A DNA stretch of 64,000 nt from an uncultured Nitrospirales bacterium (GCA_964472655.1 CAYYLQ010000002.1:66295-130294); one strand, 5' to 3'. Counted from the stretch's first letter, positions 1 through 10,738 are shown. A program made the numbers and translations. Notes: generated from the sequence alone by a model not told the origin.

Positions 1-287
1 AAAGCCAGAACATCTTCGCGATGATTGTTCCGGGCGTCCTCGTCGGAATTCCTCTCGGCGCCTATCTCATTCGACAACTCGACGCCGAGACATTTCGCCG
101 CATCTGCATGAGCTTTGACGCTTGGGTTGTGGGATTCGGGCTCTCCCGGGTGTTGATCGATCTGAAATTGTTGCCCAGCCCGTGGGCGTACAGCGTGATG
201 GCGTTGGCGATTGTCGTGGACAGCTATCTGCTTTACGTCTTTTTCACGACGCGAAGACCGGTTGCACTTCAGGAAAATGGACCGTGA
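1..287 (+). CDS. C-terminal fragment of a polytopic membrane protein, possibly a TauE/SafE-type anion exporter (gene starts left of the window)
   Basis: The frame is open from the window edge. Hydrophobic helices (VPGVLVGIPLGAYLIRQL, WVVGFGLSRVLIDL, AYSVMALAIVVDSYLLYVFF) are present. The family call is by eye only. Confidence 0.45.
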   Translation, partial: SQNIFAMIVPGVLVGIPLGAYLIRQLDAETFRRICMSFDAWVVGFGLSRVLIDLKLLPSPWAYSVMALAIVVDSYLLYVFFTTRRPVALQENGP

Positions 288-342
288 ATTTTTGTTTGCT
301 ATAATGTTTAGTAAGTCAGGTTATTTAAAGAACAATTGGAGG

Positions 343-1869
343 ATGGCCATGCGGAACAGGGTATTCGCAATAATGCTGACAATTGGTTTAGGGATCTTCG
401 CCGCAGCTGGACCGGCGACCGCGGCGGATCCGGCGCTGAATCTGTTGTTGAAAAAGGGCGTGATCACACAGCAGGAGTACGACCAAGCGCTCAAGGAAAC
501 CGCGCAGGCCGCTCCCGCACCGCCTGCCAAGGCAGAGCCGCCTGCCCAGGCCCCAGCGGAACCGGAAATCCCGGCCAAGGCGATCGCCGTAGCCAAGGAT
601 GCCGACGGCGATAACACCGTAGACCTCGGCAAGGGCATCAAGTTCGGCTACGACCGGGGGCTCTACACGCAGTTCAAGGACAAGTTCCGGCTCAAGATCC
701 GGATTCGGATCCAGCCTCGGTTCACCGATAGCCGTTTCAACTCGGCGTACAGCACGATTGGGGATGCAAAGAATTATCCCGGCGTCTCTTCGGCGGGCGT
801 CATCTCGGCCACGCAACATGGCGAAAATCTGGCTTTCTTCGGCGTGCATCGCACTCGGCTGGTGTTCGAAGGGTTCGCCTTCAGCCCGGACATTAATTAC
901 TTCGTGCAGTTCCGGAACGACACGGCCGATGCCTCAAATCAATTGGGAGGCTCGCGTTCGACGACCCAGCTCTACGATGCCTACCTGACCTTCAAGCAGA
1001 TCCCCTGGGCGAATCTCCGCTTCGGCCAGTACCGCACGCACTTCGGCCGACAGGAATTCCAAAGCTCGGCGTTCATGCAGTTTGTGGATCGGGGTTTTGT
1101 CGCCGAGGCATTTGTGCCGAACGTCATTGATCGCCGCGATCAGGGCGTCACGATTTTCAGCGACCAGGAGAAATATCCCGTCAATTATGCCTTCGGCGTG
1201 TTCAACGGCGTCGGCATTGGCCTGAACAGGCTAGGCCTGAGCACGCCGAGCAACGCCAATGAATTGATGTATGTCGGTCGGATCACGGCGGACATCCTCG
1301 GCAAGCCCGGATATCCGGAAGGAGACCTGGCCAATTCCCAGACTCCCCAATTGGCGGTCGGTGCAAGTTACGGATACAACGGAGGTCTTCAGACGAACAC
1401 CACCGGCGTCGGCAGCAACAACCAAGTCTCCACGGCGATCGCATCGTTGGGCAATGGGCGGTTGCTCAACCAAGGTGTGGTGGATATCGGGACGGGGGGC
1501 CTCGATTTCATCGTGAAATACAGGGGGCTGTCCCTTCAGGCAGAGGGTTTCGTTCGAAACGTCGATACCCATGACCATTCCAAACGCATCGGGAATGCGA
1601 CAGGCTATTACGTCCAGACGGGGTACTTCCTCATCCCGTCGAAGTTCGAAGTGGTGGGACGGTACGGCGTGATGGACCCGGATACGCACCTCGGACACGA
1701 CTTGATCACGTCAGCCGTGGGCGGGTTGAACTGGTATCTCAACGGCCACGAACACAAATTACAGTTTGATTACGGCGTGATCACCACCCGCCTGGGCGGC
1801 GCGGATGTCGGCGGCAACGTCTCGTTGATCGAGAACCGGGCACGGCTACAGTACACGATCGTGTTCTAG
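343..1869 (+). CDS. Outer-membrane porin, phosphate-selective porin O/P-like
   Basis: ORF 211..1869 trimmed to ATG 343, which follows GGAGG (338-342). Signal peptide MAMRNRVFAIMLTIGLGIFAAAGPATA. The body is beta-rich and ends in an aromatic residue (LQYTIVF), as in OM beta-barrels. Confidence 0.7.
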   Translation: MAMRNRVFAIMLTIGLGIFAAAGPATAADPALNLLLKKGVITQQEYDQALKETAQAAPAPPAKAEPPAQAPAEPEIPAKAIAVAKDADGDNTVDLGKGIKFGYDRGLYTQFKDKFRLKIRIRIQPRFTDSRFNSAYSTIGDAKNYPGVSSAGVISATQHGENLAFFGVHRTRLVFEGFAFSPDINYFVQFRNDTADASNQLGGSRSTTQLYDAYLTFKQIPWANLRFGQYRTHFGRQEFQSSAFMQFVDRGFVAEAFVPNVIDRRDQGVTIFSDQEKYPVNYAFGVFNGVGIGLNRLGLSTPSNANELMYVGRITADILGKPGYPEGDLANSQTPQLAVGASYGYNGGLQTNTTGVGSNNQVSTAIASLGNGRLLNQGVVDIGTGGLDFIVKYRGLSLQAEGFVRNVDTHDHSKRIGNATGYYVQTGYFLIPSKFEVVGRYGVMDPDTHLGHDLITSAVGGLNWYLNGHEHKLQFDYGVITTRLGGADVGGNVSLIENRARLQYTIVF

Positions 1870-1985
1870 GCGGCGTAAGGCCCATCAGGCTGTGTTTTTA
1901 TTTGCAATTGCCCACAAGATATGGTATTTCTCCCGCCTAGGGTAACGCCTCTCAGGTGCTTACCTCAATAAGAGATAAGGGGCAT

Positions 1986-4900
1986 ATGTACCTTAAGCAT
2001 CTCGAATTGCGGGGGTTTAAGTCTTTTGTCGACGCGCGGCTGACCTTGCAGCCGGGTATCACGGCCGTGGTCGGACCGAACGGAACGGGCAAAAGCAACA
2101 TCCTCGATGCGGTCCTCTGGGTCTTGGGCGAACAGAGTACCAAAACCTTGCGGAGCGAACGGATGGAGGACGTCATTTTCAACGGCACCGAGTCCCGCCA
2201 GCCGTTGGGAATGGGCGAGGTTTCGCTGATTCTGGGCGACGTCGATGGAAAGTCCGCGCCCGGCAACGGCAACGGCAATGGAAATGGCAATGGGAACGGC
2301 AACGGTGACGGTGAAGCCGCTACGCTTCCGCATGCGCTAGGGGAATGTCAGGAAGTGATGCTCACGCGGCGGCTGCACCGTGACGGGGTGAGCGAGTATT
2401 TCATCAACAAGATACCATGCCGTTTGAAGGACATCCGCGGGCTTCTGCTGGACACCCGCGCCGGCAGCAAGGGCCATACGGTCATCGAGCAGGGGCGGAT
2501 CGATCGCGTGCTGAAGGCCACGCCCATCGAGCGCCGCGAGCTTATCGAAGAGACGGCCGGCATCGTCCGCTACAAAAAACAGAAGGCCGAGGCGCTGCGG
2601 AAGCTGGAGGCCACGAGCCAGAACCTACTGCGTGTCCGCGATGTCGTCAACGAGGTCAAACGTCAGCTCGGCTCGCTAGAGCGCCAGGCGCGGGCGGCCG
2701 AACAGTATCAAGCGCTTCGGCAGGAAGTCCGTAAGCTCGAACTCACCATCCTCGTCCACGACTACCGCGGCTTGCTTCACGAGCGCGAGGAGTCTGATCG
2801 GACCCTGAGCGATCTGGCCGTTCGCGAGAGCGCCGAGTCCGCCGCGGCTGCCCGCCTGGCCACAGAAGTCGAAACGCTCCATCTCGGCGTGACAGAGGGC
2901 GAGACCGCGCTGACCGGGTTGCGCGATCAGGTCGCCCAGGCAGAGACGCGACTGGCGCAGGCCGGCGCCGCTATCGAGTTGCTGGCCCAGCGGGCGGCGC
3001 TGCTCGACGAGCAGCGGGTGCGCGTGCAGGCCGATGTCGAGCACGTTCGTCGGGAGCAGAAGGAGGCGGGCGCGATCCTCGCCCCGCTGCGGTCCCGCAT
3101 CGCACAATTGACCAAAGACTTTTCCAAGCGGTCCGGCGTTGTCGCACAATCCGAAGCGACGCTGACGGAGGCCACGCAGCGTCATCGCGATGCCCAGGCT
3201 GCGCTCGAAACCGCGCGCGTTGCTGTCATGGAGCGGGTGATGGCCGCCACAGCTTCCGGCAATCGTCTGGCCAGCGATCAGGCCCGAGCCGCGGAGTTCC
3301 GGCGGCGGGCCGAGGGCGTAGAGAAAGAACGACTCCAAGCCGTTTCCTCACTGGAAGCGGCCCAGACAGGACTGGCGGCCTCCGTCAAGCGCTGCCGCCA
3401 ACTGGAAACGAATATGGCTACGGCCCGCGGCGCGCGCGCTGATCTCGTTGACGCGCTGGCCTGCCTCAAGAGTCAGCTGGCGGAGGCCGAGCAGCGGCTC
3501 GCCCGCATGCAGGAAGAGAAAGCCGTGTCGGCTGCCCGGCACAAGGTCCTTCAAGCGGTCAGCCGTGACGCGGTTGAGGACGATCCCGCGTCGTTTCTCA
3601 AGGAGACCGTCGCGCAGGTGCTTGCCGTTCCCGCCGAATACGAGCCGGCCATCGAAACGGTCTTGGGCCATCGGTTGACGGGCGTGCTCGTCGAAGGGCC
3701 GGCGGAAGCCGTCCGCGTACTGCGCGCGCTTGCGGCGAAGGGCGCGGCCGGCGGGACCTTCATTCCGAAACACCCGCGGGTGTTCGGCGCGCGCGTGACC
3801 GCGAAGCTCGAGGGAGTTGGCGTGGTCGGCCTGGCGCGGGACGTGGTGACACCGCGCAAGGGCTACGACGAGTTGGTGAGCCATCTCCTAGCCGGCGTGG
3901 TGATCGTTGAGACGCTGGACCAGGCTGTTGCTCTGTGGAAGGGCATGACGGAGTCCAAACAGGCGCTCCTGGTGACACCGAAAGGTGAAGTGGTTGCGCC
4001 GGATGGGATCGTCAGTGCGGGCGCGCCGGGCCCCTCCGCCGGCGCAATGGGCCGCGAGCGCGAATTGAAGGCATTGACCGCACGGATGAAGGAACTTGAG
4101 AAGGAGGTGCCTGCGGTGCAGGCGAGCAAGGACAAGCTCAGCGCGACGTTGGCTGCGGAGACGGCTCGCTTGGAGTCGCTGGATGGGGAGATCCGCACGA
4201 TAGAAATGGCGCTGGTCGGCGAGCGCAAGGACGAGCAACGAGGCGAGCAGGAGGTCGCGCGATGGAATCAGGCGATCGCGCTGTTCCAGACCGAGCGTGA
4301 AGGAGCCGAGGCTGAGCTGGCTGCCTTGGCCGTTTCTGAGAAAACGCTGCGCGACGATCGCCAACGAGGGGAGAAGGAGCGGGCGGCTGCGGAGCAGGCC
4401 GTACTGCTGCGGCAAAAGGCGGTCGCGACCTCGCAGGCTGAACTGGAACGGCAGCAGGCAGCAACGGCGGAGGTTCGTGCGGACGCGGCGGGGTGGCAGG
4501 AACGGCTTGAGCAGGCCAAGGCTGAACTGGCGCGCGTGGAGAGCGCGTCAGCCCTTCGTGAGACAAGGATCAAGGAATTGGAAGCAGAATTGGTGCGGTT
4601 GAAGGATGCGAGCGCTACTGCCGTCGCTGAACGGAAGCAGACCGACAAAAGCGTGCCGGCCATGGAAGCGGCCATCAAGGAGTCCCGCCAGCGCTTGGTG
4701 AAAGCGCAAGAAGCGCAGACCGGCCGGGTCACCAAGTCTCGTGCGCTGGAAGCAGACTGGAATCGGACGCGGCATTTGCTCGATGAACTTCACAAGCGGC
4801 AGGAGGCGATTCGCCTGCGGCGCGTGGAGGCCCAGACCCGCCTGGAAGGATTCGATGCGAGCCTGACCGGAACCTACGCCGTCACGTTCGAGCAGGCCGT

Positions 4901-5594
4901 CGCCGAAGCCGGGAAGTCTGCCGGTGATGAGTTGGAAACGATCAAGGAGACTCTGGCGCAGAAGCGCCGGCGGCTATCCGAATTGGGGCCGGTCAATGTG
5001 ATGGCCATCGACGAACACCGGGAACTGGAAGAACGCCTGCGGTTCCTGACCGCGCAGGAGGAGGATCTCACGCAGTCCATCGCGTCGTTGAAGTCCATCA
5101 TCACCCGCATCAACCGCACGACGAAGCGGCTCTTCATGGAAACCTTCGAGAACTTGCAGGCCAAGTTCAGCGAGACGTTCCGGACGTTCTTCGACGGCGG
5201 CCGCGCCGAACTGATTCTGGTGGAGGATGAAGAGTCCACCGAACCGGGCGTGGATATCGTGGCCCAGCCTCCGGGGAAGCGTCTGAAGAATATCTCCATG
5301 CTGTCGGGCGGAGAGCGGGCGCTGACGGCGATGGCGCTCATCTTCGCCAGCTTCCTGATCCGGCCGACGCCATTCTGCGTGCTGGACGAGATCGATGCGC
5401 CTTTGGACGAGGAAAACACTCTGCGGTTTACCCGGGTCATCCGGGAGTTGGCCGCCCGGACTCAGTTCATTGTCATCACGCACAGCAAGCAGACGATGGA
5501 AATGGCCGATGCGCTCTACGGCGTCACCATGGAAGAAGCCGGAGTTTCTGCCTTGGTCTCCGTCCGCCTGAACAAGCTGCTTGCTCCCGCCTAG
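1986..5594 (+). CDS. smc: Chromosome partition protein SMC
   Basis: Walker [10 protein letters not shown]. Very long Ala/Glu/Arg/Leu-rich coiled-coil arms with a central hinge ([22 protein letters not shown]). C-terminal LSGGE signature and Walker [13 protein letters not shown]. Start placed at ATG 1986 ([14 protein letters not shown]) after AAGGGG. Confidence 0.95.
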   Translation: MYLKHLELRGFKSFVDARLTLQPGITAVVGPNGTGKSNILDAVLWVLGEQSTKTLRSERMEDVIFNGTESRQPLGMGEVSLILGDVDGKSAPGNGNGNGNGNGNGNGDGEAATLPHALGECQEVMLTRRLHRDGVSEYFINKIPCRLKDIRGLLLDTRAGSKGHTVIEQGRIDRVLKATPIERRELIEETAGIVRYKKQKAEALRKLEATSQNLLRVRDVVNEVKRQLGSLERQARAAEQYQALRQEVRKLELTILVHDYRGLLHEREESDRTLSDLAVRESAESAAAARLATEVETLHLGVTEGETALTGLRDQVAQAETRLAQAGAAIELLAQRAALLDEQRVRVQADVEHVRREQKEAGAILAPLRSRIAQLTKDFSKRSGVVAQSEATLTEATQRHRDAQAALETARVAVMERVMAATASGNRLASDQARAAEFRRRAEGVEKERLQAVSSLEAAQTGLAASVKRCRQLETNMATARGARADLVDALACLKSQLAEAEQRLARMQEEKAVSAARHKVLQAVSRDAVEDDPASFLKETVAQVLAVPAEYEPAIETVLGHRLTGVLVEGPAEAVRVLRALAAKGAAGGTFIPKHPRVFGARVTAKLEGVGVVGLARDVVTPRKGYDELVSHLLAGVVIVETLDQAVALWKGMTESKQALLVTPKGEVVAPDGIVSAGAPGPSAGAMGRERELKALTARMKELEKEVPAVQASKDKLSATLAAETARLESLDGEIRTIEMALVGERKDEQRGEQEVARWNQAIALFQTEREGAEAELAALAVSEKTLRDDRQRGEKERAAAEQAVLLRQKAVATSQAELERQQAATAEVRADAAGWQERLEQAKAELARVESASALRETRIKELEAELVRLKDASATAVAERKQTDKSVPAMEAAIKESRQRLVKAQEAQTGRVTKSRALEADWNRTRHLLDELHKRQEAIRLRRVEAQTRLEGFDASLTGTYAVTFEQAVAEAGKSAGDELETIKETLAQKRRRLSELGPVNVMAIDEHRELEERLRFLTAQEEDLTQSIASLKSIITRINRTTKRLFMETFENLQAKFSETFRTFFDGGRAELILVEDEESTEPGVDIVAQPPGKRLKNISMLSGGERALTAMALIFASFLIRPTPFCVLDEIDAPLDEENTLRFTRVIRELAARTQFIVITHSKQTMEMADALYGVTMEEAGVSALVSVRLNKLLAPA
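2262..2312 (+). repeat. In-frame (GGN-AAY)7 hexanucleotide repeat encoding (Gly-Asn)7-Gly-Asp-Gly inside the SMC head domain
   Basis: Sequence ggcaac ggcaac ggcaat ggaaat ggcaat gggaac ggcaac ggtgac ggt translates to [17 protein letters not shown]. Codon usage inside the repeat is heterogeneous. Confidence 0.9.
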
Positions 5595-5655
5595 GGGATC
5601 CTTCCTCCGAGCGCGAAAGTCCATGAAATTCCAGCTTGTTTCACGGTTTGGGCGC

Positions 5656-5686
5656 TTGACACTTAGTGGCCCGTTTGCGGTATACT
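5656..5686 (+). promoter_or_regulatory. Sigma70-like promoter candidate upstream of shc
   Basis: TTGACA (5656-5661) and TATACT (5681-5686) lie in the 172-nt smc-shc intergenic region. The spacer is 19 nt, which is longer than optimal. Confidence 0.35.
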
Positions 5687-5766
5687 CGCAAACTAATGCG
5701 CCCCCAATGGTCCTTCCTTCATGCCATTAGGCGGACGAGCCAATTCGGCGTAGCCCAAAGGACATC

Positions 5767-7932
5767 ATGAAGCGGTTACTCGGCCTTCTGACCAATTGGT
5801 CTGAGAGGATTCTGTCGGCGGCGCCTGCGCGCGTGCAGCAGCAGGCCAGGCAGAAGGCCGGCCGGCTCCTGCGCCTCGTGGGCGGTGATCCCGGCACGGT
5901 GATGGCTTCCCCTGTCCCCGCGCGGGGTCAAGAGCCCAGCCAGGCCTCGAGCCAAGCGGCGGCTCAGAAGGGCCCATCGATCGAGGAGGCCCTCAAGCGG
6001 GGCCAGCAGTGGCTGCTCTCCCAGCAGGCCGAAGCAGGGTACTGGGTCCATGAACTGGAAGCCGATACGACGCTGACTGCGGAGTACCTCATGCTCCGCC
6101 GATTCCTCGGCCTCGTGGACAAGGAGAAAGAACGAAAGGCCGTCCGCTACCTAATCGACGCGCAGTTGTCGGAAGGCGGATGGCCGATCTATTTCGGCGG
6201 GCCCGCGGAGATCAGCGCGTCGGTGAAGGCCTACTTTGCACTCAAGCTCTCCGGTGTCTCTCCCGACGAACCCTTCATGCGGAAGGCCCGCGCGGCGATT
6301 CTGAACATCGGCGGGGTCGTCCGGGCGAACGTCTTTACCAAGATCACGCTGGCACTCTTCGATCAATACGACTGGCGCGGCATTCCGACGATGCCGGTCG
6401 AATTGGCCTTCCTGCCGCCGAACAGCGTGTTCAGCCTCTACGATCTCTCTTACTGGTCGCGAGCCGTGCTGACTCCGCTGCTGATCATTTTCCATGACAA
6501 GCCCCTGTGCCGTATCCCTGAAGAGCAGGGGATCAATGAGCTCTGGTGCGTCCCGCGGAGTCAGATGGACTTTCGGCATGCGCCGCCTTTTCTCAGGGAC
6601 CGGTTCTGGTTTACCTGGAAGAATTTCTTCATTACGCTGGATCGCTGTTTGCGCATTTATGAGCGCATGATCCCCGAGGGGCTGAGCAGAAAAGCCGTCG
6701 AACGCGCCGCTGCTTGGATGATCGAGCGGATGGAGGGAGAGGGCGGGCTCGGCGCCATCTATCCGGCGATGGCCAATTCGGTCGTGGCGCTGCGGTGCCT
6801 GGGCCGTTCTGTGGATGATCCCCTCTTGCGCAGGGCTCTCGGCGAGATCGAGGCGCTGGAAGTACACGACGGGGACGCGATGCATCTGCAGCCGTGCTTC
6901 TCGCCGATTTGGGATACGCCGCTGACGATCAACAGCCTGATCGAGAGCGGCCTGCCGCAGGACCATCCCGCGCTCATCCGGGCCGCACGCTGGGTTGTGA
7001 CGAAGCAGTGCCGGAAGGTCGGCGACTGGATCGTCTCGTCGCCCAAGGCTTCGCCGGGCGGGTGGTACTTCCAGTTCGAGAATGAATTCTATCCGGACAA
7101 CGACGACACGGCGGTCGTGATCATTGCCCTGTCGAAGCTCGCCATGCCGGAGGCGGACGTCCAACGCGCCGCCATGCAGCGCGGGATCCGATGGACGCTG
7201 GCGATGCAGGGGAGCGACGGCGGGTGGGGGGCGTACGACAAGGACAACAACAAGCTGTTCCTGAACCAGATCCCCTTTGCCGATCATAAGGCGCTGCTCG
7301 ATCCCAGCACGGCCGATCTGGCCGGGCGCGAATTGGAGATGCTGGGAGCGCTGGGCTATGACCTGAGTCATCCGGCGGCGGTGCGCGCGATCCGGTTCCT
7401 CCGGAAGAACCAGGAGGCCGATGGATCGTGGTACGGCCGCTGGGGCGTTAATTACGTCTATGGGACCTGGTCCGTGCTCGCCGGCTTGAAGGCGATCGGC
7501 GAGGACATGCAGGCCGAATACGTCCGCCGGGCGGTGACATGGCTGGTGTCGAAGCAGAACCCGGACGGCGGATGGGGCGAGTCCTGTCTCTCGTACGCGG
7601 AGGCCGGCGCGCATGGCGTGGGGGAGAGCACGCCTTCCCAGACCGCATGGGCGCTCCTCGGACTGTTGTGCGCCGGCGAGGTGGAGACGATCAGCGTGGT
7701 GCGGGGCGTCAACTATCTCCTGCGACGTCAGGCCCCCCAAGGGTTCTGGCCTGAACGCATGCACACCGGCACGGGCTTCCCGCGCGTGTTCTACCTCCGC
7801 TACCACGGCTACAGCCATTTCTTTTCCCTGTGGGCCTTGTCCATGTACCGGTCGCTCAAAGCGCGCGGGCGCACCCGCGCGGACGAGATCCGAGAGCAGA
7901 ACCGGCAAGCCGGGCGGTTCCGTCTCGCGTAA
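5767..7932 (+). CDS. shc: Squalene-hopene cyclase
   Basis: Catalytic DxDDTA motif (YPDNDDTAVVIIAL). Repeated QW-type motifs (QNPDGGWGE, QGSDGGWGAY, QEADGSWYGRWG). ATG 5767 is preceded by AAAGGA. About 70 N-terminal residues precede the region that aligns by eye with characterised SHCs, so ATG 5902 is an alternative start. Confidence 0.95.
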   Translation: MKRLLGLLTNWSERILSAAPARVQQQARQKAGRLLRLVGGDPGTVMASPVPARGQEPSQASSQAAAQKGPSIEEALKRGQQWLLSQQAEAGYWVHELEADTTLTAEYLMLRRFLGLVDKEKERKAVRYLIDAQLSEGGWPIYFGGPAEISASVKAYFALKLSGVSPDEPFMRKARAAILNIGGVVRANVFTKITLALFDQYDWRGIPTMPVELAFLPPNSVFSLYDLSYWSRAVLTPLLIIFHDKPLCRIPEEQGINELWCVPRSQMDFRHAPPFLRDRFWFTWKNFFITLDRCLRIYERMIPEGLSRKAVERAAAWMIERMEGEGGLGAIYPAMANSVVALRCLGRSVDDPLLRRALGEIEALEVHDGDAMHLQPCFSPIWDTPLTINSLIESGLPQDHPALIRAARWVVTKQCRKVGDWIVSSPKASPGGWYFQFENEFYPDNDDTAVVIIALSKLAMPEADVQRAAMQRGIRWTLAMQGSDGGWGAYDKDNNKLFLNQIPFADHKALLDPSTADLAGRELEMLGALGYDLSHPAAVRAIRFLRKNQEADGSWYGRWGVNYVYGTWSVLAGLKAIGEDMQAEYVRRAVTWLVSKQNPDGGWGESCLSYAEAGAHGVGESTPSQTAWALLGLLCAGEVETISVVRGVNYLLRRQAPQGFWPERMHTGTGFPRVFYLRYHGYSHFFSLWALSMYRSLKARGRTRADEIREQNRQAGRFRLA

Positions 7933-7938
7933 TGAGCG

Positions 7939-8706
7939 ATGCGACGCGTCGCCATCTTGGCCGCTTCCGGACGCGAGTTGGCGCTCATACGCGGGGTGTT
8001 TGGTGTCGGCTGGAATACCCGGAGGGGGCGTCTCGGCCCATTCTGGCATGAAGTCGGACGGACGGAAGAGATCGAAGTGCATCTGATCAGGACCGGCGTC
8101 GGCCGGGAGCGCGCGCGGGAAGCCAGTGAAACGGCGGTGTCCGCATTCGCCCCGGATGCGCTGATCTCGACGGGGTACGCGGGATCCTTGGGTGTCGCGA
8201 ATATCGGCGAGGTCATTCTCGGCACCAAGATTTTCGATTGGACCAAGGAACGAACAGGCCAGGGCATCCAGACCGATCCGGCGCTGCTCGACCGCGCGCG
8301 CGAGGCCGCTCGCGATGCGCGGATTGCCTGGACGCAAGGGCCGGTTGTCACGGTGGAACACGTGGTGTGGCGGGCCAGCGAGAAGCAGGCGCTCGGGGAA
8401 GTCAGCGGCGCTGTTGCGGTGGACATGGAGAGCGCCGCCATCGCCAAAGTAGCGGCCTCCGCCGGTATCCCGTTTCTGTTGGTCCGCGCGATCTCCGATC
8501 GTGTCCAAGACGACCTGCCGATGGACTTCAACCTCTGGTTCGCGCCGTTCGGGTCCCTGCGGTGTGTTCTGCTGATTCTGAAAAGCCCGTCGATTGTGCG
8601 GGGGCTCTATGAGATGAAACGCCATGCGGACCAGGCTTCCGAAAGCCTGCAGCGGTTCTTTTCCAAGTTGGTGGCGGAGATGCCTATGATTGCAGGAGCG
8701 CACTGA
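7939..8706 (+). CDS. hpnG: Hopanoid-associated nucleosidase/phosphorylase (PNP/MTA-nucleosidase fold), HpnG-like
   Basis: PNP_UDP-type motifs AVAVDMESAAIA and FLLVRAISD. The start is 6 nt after the shc stop. Confidence 0.75.
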   Translation: MRRVAILAASGRELALIRGVFGVGWNTRRGRLGPFWHEVGRTEEIEVHLIRTGVGRERAREASETAVSAFAPDALISTGYAGSLGVANIGEVILGTKIFDWTKERTGQGIQTDPALLDRAREAARDARIAWTQGPVVTVEHVVWRASEKQALGEVSGAVAVDMESAAIAKVAASAGIPFLLVRAISDRVQDDLPMDFNLWFAPFGSLRCVLLILKSPSIVRGLYEMKRHADQASESLQRFFSKLVAEMPMIAGAH

Positions 8707-9479
8707 TGGTGACCGCCGCTGTTGCCGGATTCGGCCGGAACACCCTGTGGATCGTCGGCGAGATGGGCCGCATGATGATCTTCTTGATCGGCACGGTCGC
8801 GTGGATGGTGCGTCCGCCCTTTCGTTTCATGCAGATCCTGAAGCAGGTCCATTTCATCGGCGTGAAATCCCTCTTTGTGATCGTGCTGACGGGCGCCTTC
8901 ACCGGTATGGTGTTGGGGCTGCAGGGCTATTACTCGCTCCGGAAATTCGGCGCAGAGGGGTGGCTGGGCTCGGCGGTGGCGCTGAGCATCATCAGGGAGC
9001 TGGGGCCGGTGTTGTCGGCCCTCATGGTGACAGGACGCGCGGGTTCCGCCATGACGGCGGAGATCGGCATCATGCGCATCACCGAACAGATTGACGCCCT
9101 CGACACGATGGCGGTTAATCCCATGCAGTACCTGATTGCGCCCAAGGTGCTGGCCAGCGTGTTCATCATGCCGATGCTCTGCTCGATCTTCGATATCATC
9201 GGCATCTACGGCGGTTATCTGGTCGGAGTTGAGCTGCTGGGCGTGAGCTCGGGCGCCTATACCAGCTCGATGGAGTCCAGCGTGGAGTGGAAGGACGTCT
9301 ACGGAGGGTTTCTCAAGGCCGTCAGCTTCGGCGTGATCGTCTCCTGGGTCTGTACTTATAAGGGCTATCATACGACGATGAGCGCGGAGGGATTGGGAAC
9401 GGCCACCACGGAGGCGGTCGTGCTCTCTTCCGTCCTCATCCTCATCTGGGACTATTTCGTGACCTCGGTGTTGATGTGA
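8706..9479 (+). CDS. mlaE: MlaE-family ABC transporter permease
   Basis: Polytopic protein with MlaE-type conserved block ELGPVLSALMVTGRAGSAMTAEIGIMRITEQIDAL. The ATG overlaps the hpnG stop (TGATG). Confidence 0.85.
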   Translation: MVTAAVAGFGRNTLWIVGEMGRMMIFLIGTVAWMVRPPFRFMQILKQVHFIGVKSLFVIVLTGAFTGMVLGLQGYYSLRKFGAEGWLGSAVALSIIRELGPVLSALMVTGRAGSAMTAEIGIMRITEQIDALDTMAVNPMQYLIAPKVLASVFIMPMLCSIFDIIGIYGGYLVGVELLGVSSGAYTSSMESSVEWKDVYGGFLKAVSFGVIVSWVCTYKGYHTTMSAEGLGTATTEAVVLSSVLILIWDYFVTSVLM

Positions 9480-10270
9480 AGGGAGGGGGGGCATCCACAC
9501 CCGTGATTCGTCTTGTAGGAGTGGAGAAGGCCTTGGGCGGGCAGCCGGTCCTGACGGGCGTGAATCTGGAGATTCCCCGGGGAAAGGTGACCACGGTCAT
9601 CGGCAAGAGCGGGGGCGGGAAAAGCGTCCTGCTCAAGCACATGATCGGGCTTCTCAGGCCGGACCGGGGGCAGGTGCTGGTGGACGAAACCGACATCGCG
9701 CGACTCAGCGCGCGCAATCTGAACGAGGTCCGCAAGAAGTTCGCCATGCTGTTCCAGGGCGCGGCGCTGTTCGATTCGCTCACCGTCTTTGAGAACGTCG
9801 CCTTTCCCCTGCGCGAGAAGACGAAGCTCAGGGCGGTGGAGGTCGAACACAAAGTCCTCGAGATGTTGGAGGCCGTCGGGCTCACGGGCATGGGGCATAA
9901 GTTTCCCGCTGAACTCAGCGGCGGCATGCGCAAGAGGGCGGGGCTGGCGCGCGCGCTCGTGATGGGGCCGGAGATCATTCTCTTCGACGAGCCGACCACG
10001 GGGCTCGATCCGCTCCTGGCGCGTACGATCCACGACCTGATCCTCGAGACCCAGCGGCGGTTCGGGTTCACGGCCGTCATGGTGAGCCACGAAATCCCTG
10101 AAATCTTCGGGATCTCGGATTACGTGGCGATGCTGTTGGACGGGGTGATCGCCGAGATGGCGCCGCCGGAGCAGTTTCAGCGCACGAGGCATCCCGGCGT
10201 GCGGGAATTCATTAACCTTGGCCCGAGGTCAGAGACCGTCTCCTCCGGGGCCGGCAGGGAGATTCGATGA
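9476..10270 (+). CDS. mlaF: MlaF-family ABC transporter ATPase
   Basis: Walker A GKSGGGKS, signature LSGGMRKR, Walker B ILFDEPTTGLD. GTG 9476 overlaps the mlaE stop. GTG 9503 is an alternative start. Confidence 0.9.
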   Translation: MKGGGASTPVIRLVGVEKALGGQPVLTGVNLEIPRGKVTTVIGKSGGGKSVLLKHMIGLLRPDRGQVLVDETDIARLSARNLNEVRKKFAMLFQGAALFDSLTVFENVAFPLREKTKLRAVEVEHKVLEMLEAVGLTGMGHKFPAELSGGMRKRAGLARALVMGPEIILFDEPTTGLDPLLARTIHDLILETQRRFGFTAVMVSHEIPEIFGISDYVAMLLDGVIAEMAPPEQFQRTRHPGVREFINLGPRSETVSSGAGREIR

Positions 10271-10716
10271 CTATGAACGACACCAAATTGGAGCTCGTCG
10301 TCGGGGTCTTTGTGCTGGTCGGGATCACGGCCCTGACATATCTTGCGGTCAAGCTCGGGAAACTTGAGGTGATCGGCGGCAACCAGTATGAGATACAGGC
10401 GGAGTTTGATTCAGTGGCCGGGCTCAAGACGGGCGCGACGGTCGAGATTGCCGGCGTGCAGGTCGGCCAGGTGAAGAAGATCGGACTGAAGGGGGACCGT
10501 GCGGTGGTGCTCTTTACGCTGACGCCGGGCGTGAAGCTGTACGGCGATGCCATCGCTTCGGTCAAGACCCGCGGTCTGATCGGCGACAAGTACCTCTCGC
10601 TCTCGCCGGGCGGGTCGCAGAAGGAATTGCCGCCGGGCGCACAAATCCGCGATACCGAGTCCGGAGTCGACCTGGAATCGTTGATCGGAGAATTCATTCA
10701 TGGAAACGTCAAGTAG
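10267..10716 (+). CDS. mlaD: MlaD-family MCE-domain protein (membrane-anchored, periplasmic)
   Basis: N-terminal TM segment (LELVVGVFVLVGITALTYLAV) followed by a single MCE-like domain (AEFDSVAGLKTGATVEIAGVQVGQVKKI). ATGA overlap with mlaF. Confidence 0.8.
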   Translation: MTMNDTKLELVVGVFVLVGITALTYLAVKLGKLEVIGGNQYEIQAEFDSVAGLKTGATVEIAGVQVGQVKKIGLKGDRAVVLFTLTPGVKLYGDAIASVKTRGLIGDKYLSLSPGGSQKELPPGAQIRDTESGVDLESLIGEFIHGNVK

Positions 10717-10738
10717 AACCGCGGAGGAGACAAAGGTG

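Noticed and set aside
2262-2312. GGCAAC tandem repeat as a phase-variation SSR or a CRISPR-like array
   Set aside because: It is in-frame with a unit length that is a multiple of 3, so slippage would not cause a frameshift. The units are degenerate at synonymous positions. There are no spacers. It lies inside an essential housekeeping gene.
6151-8703. 850-aa ORF on the minus strand spanning shc and hpnG
   Set aside because: It lies antisense to two genes with unmistakable family motifs (DDTA and QW repeats; PNP fold). Its translation is Arg/Pro/Gly/His/Asp-rich with no motif. This is the typical stop-codon-poor antisense frame of GC-rich DNA.
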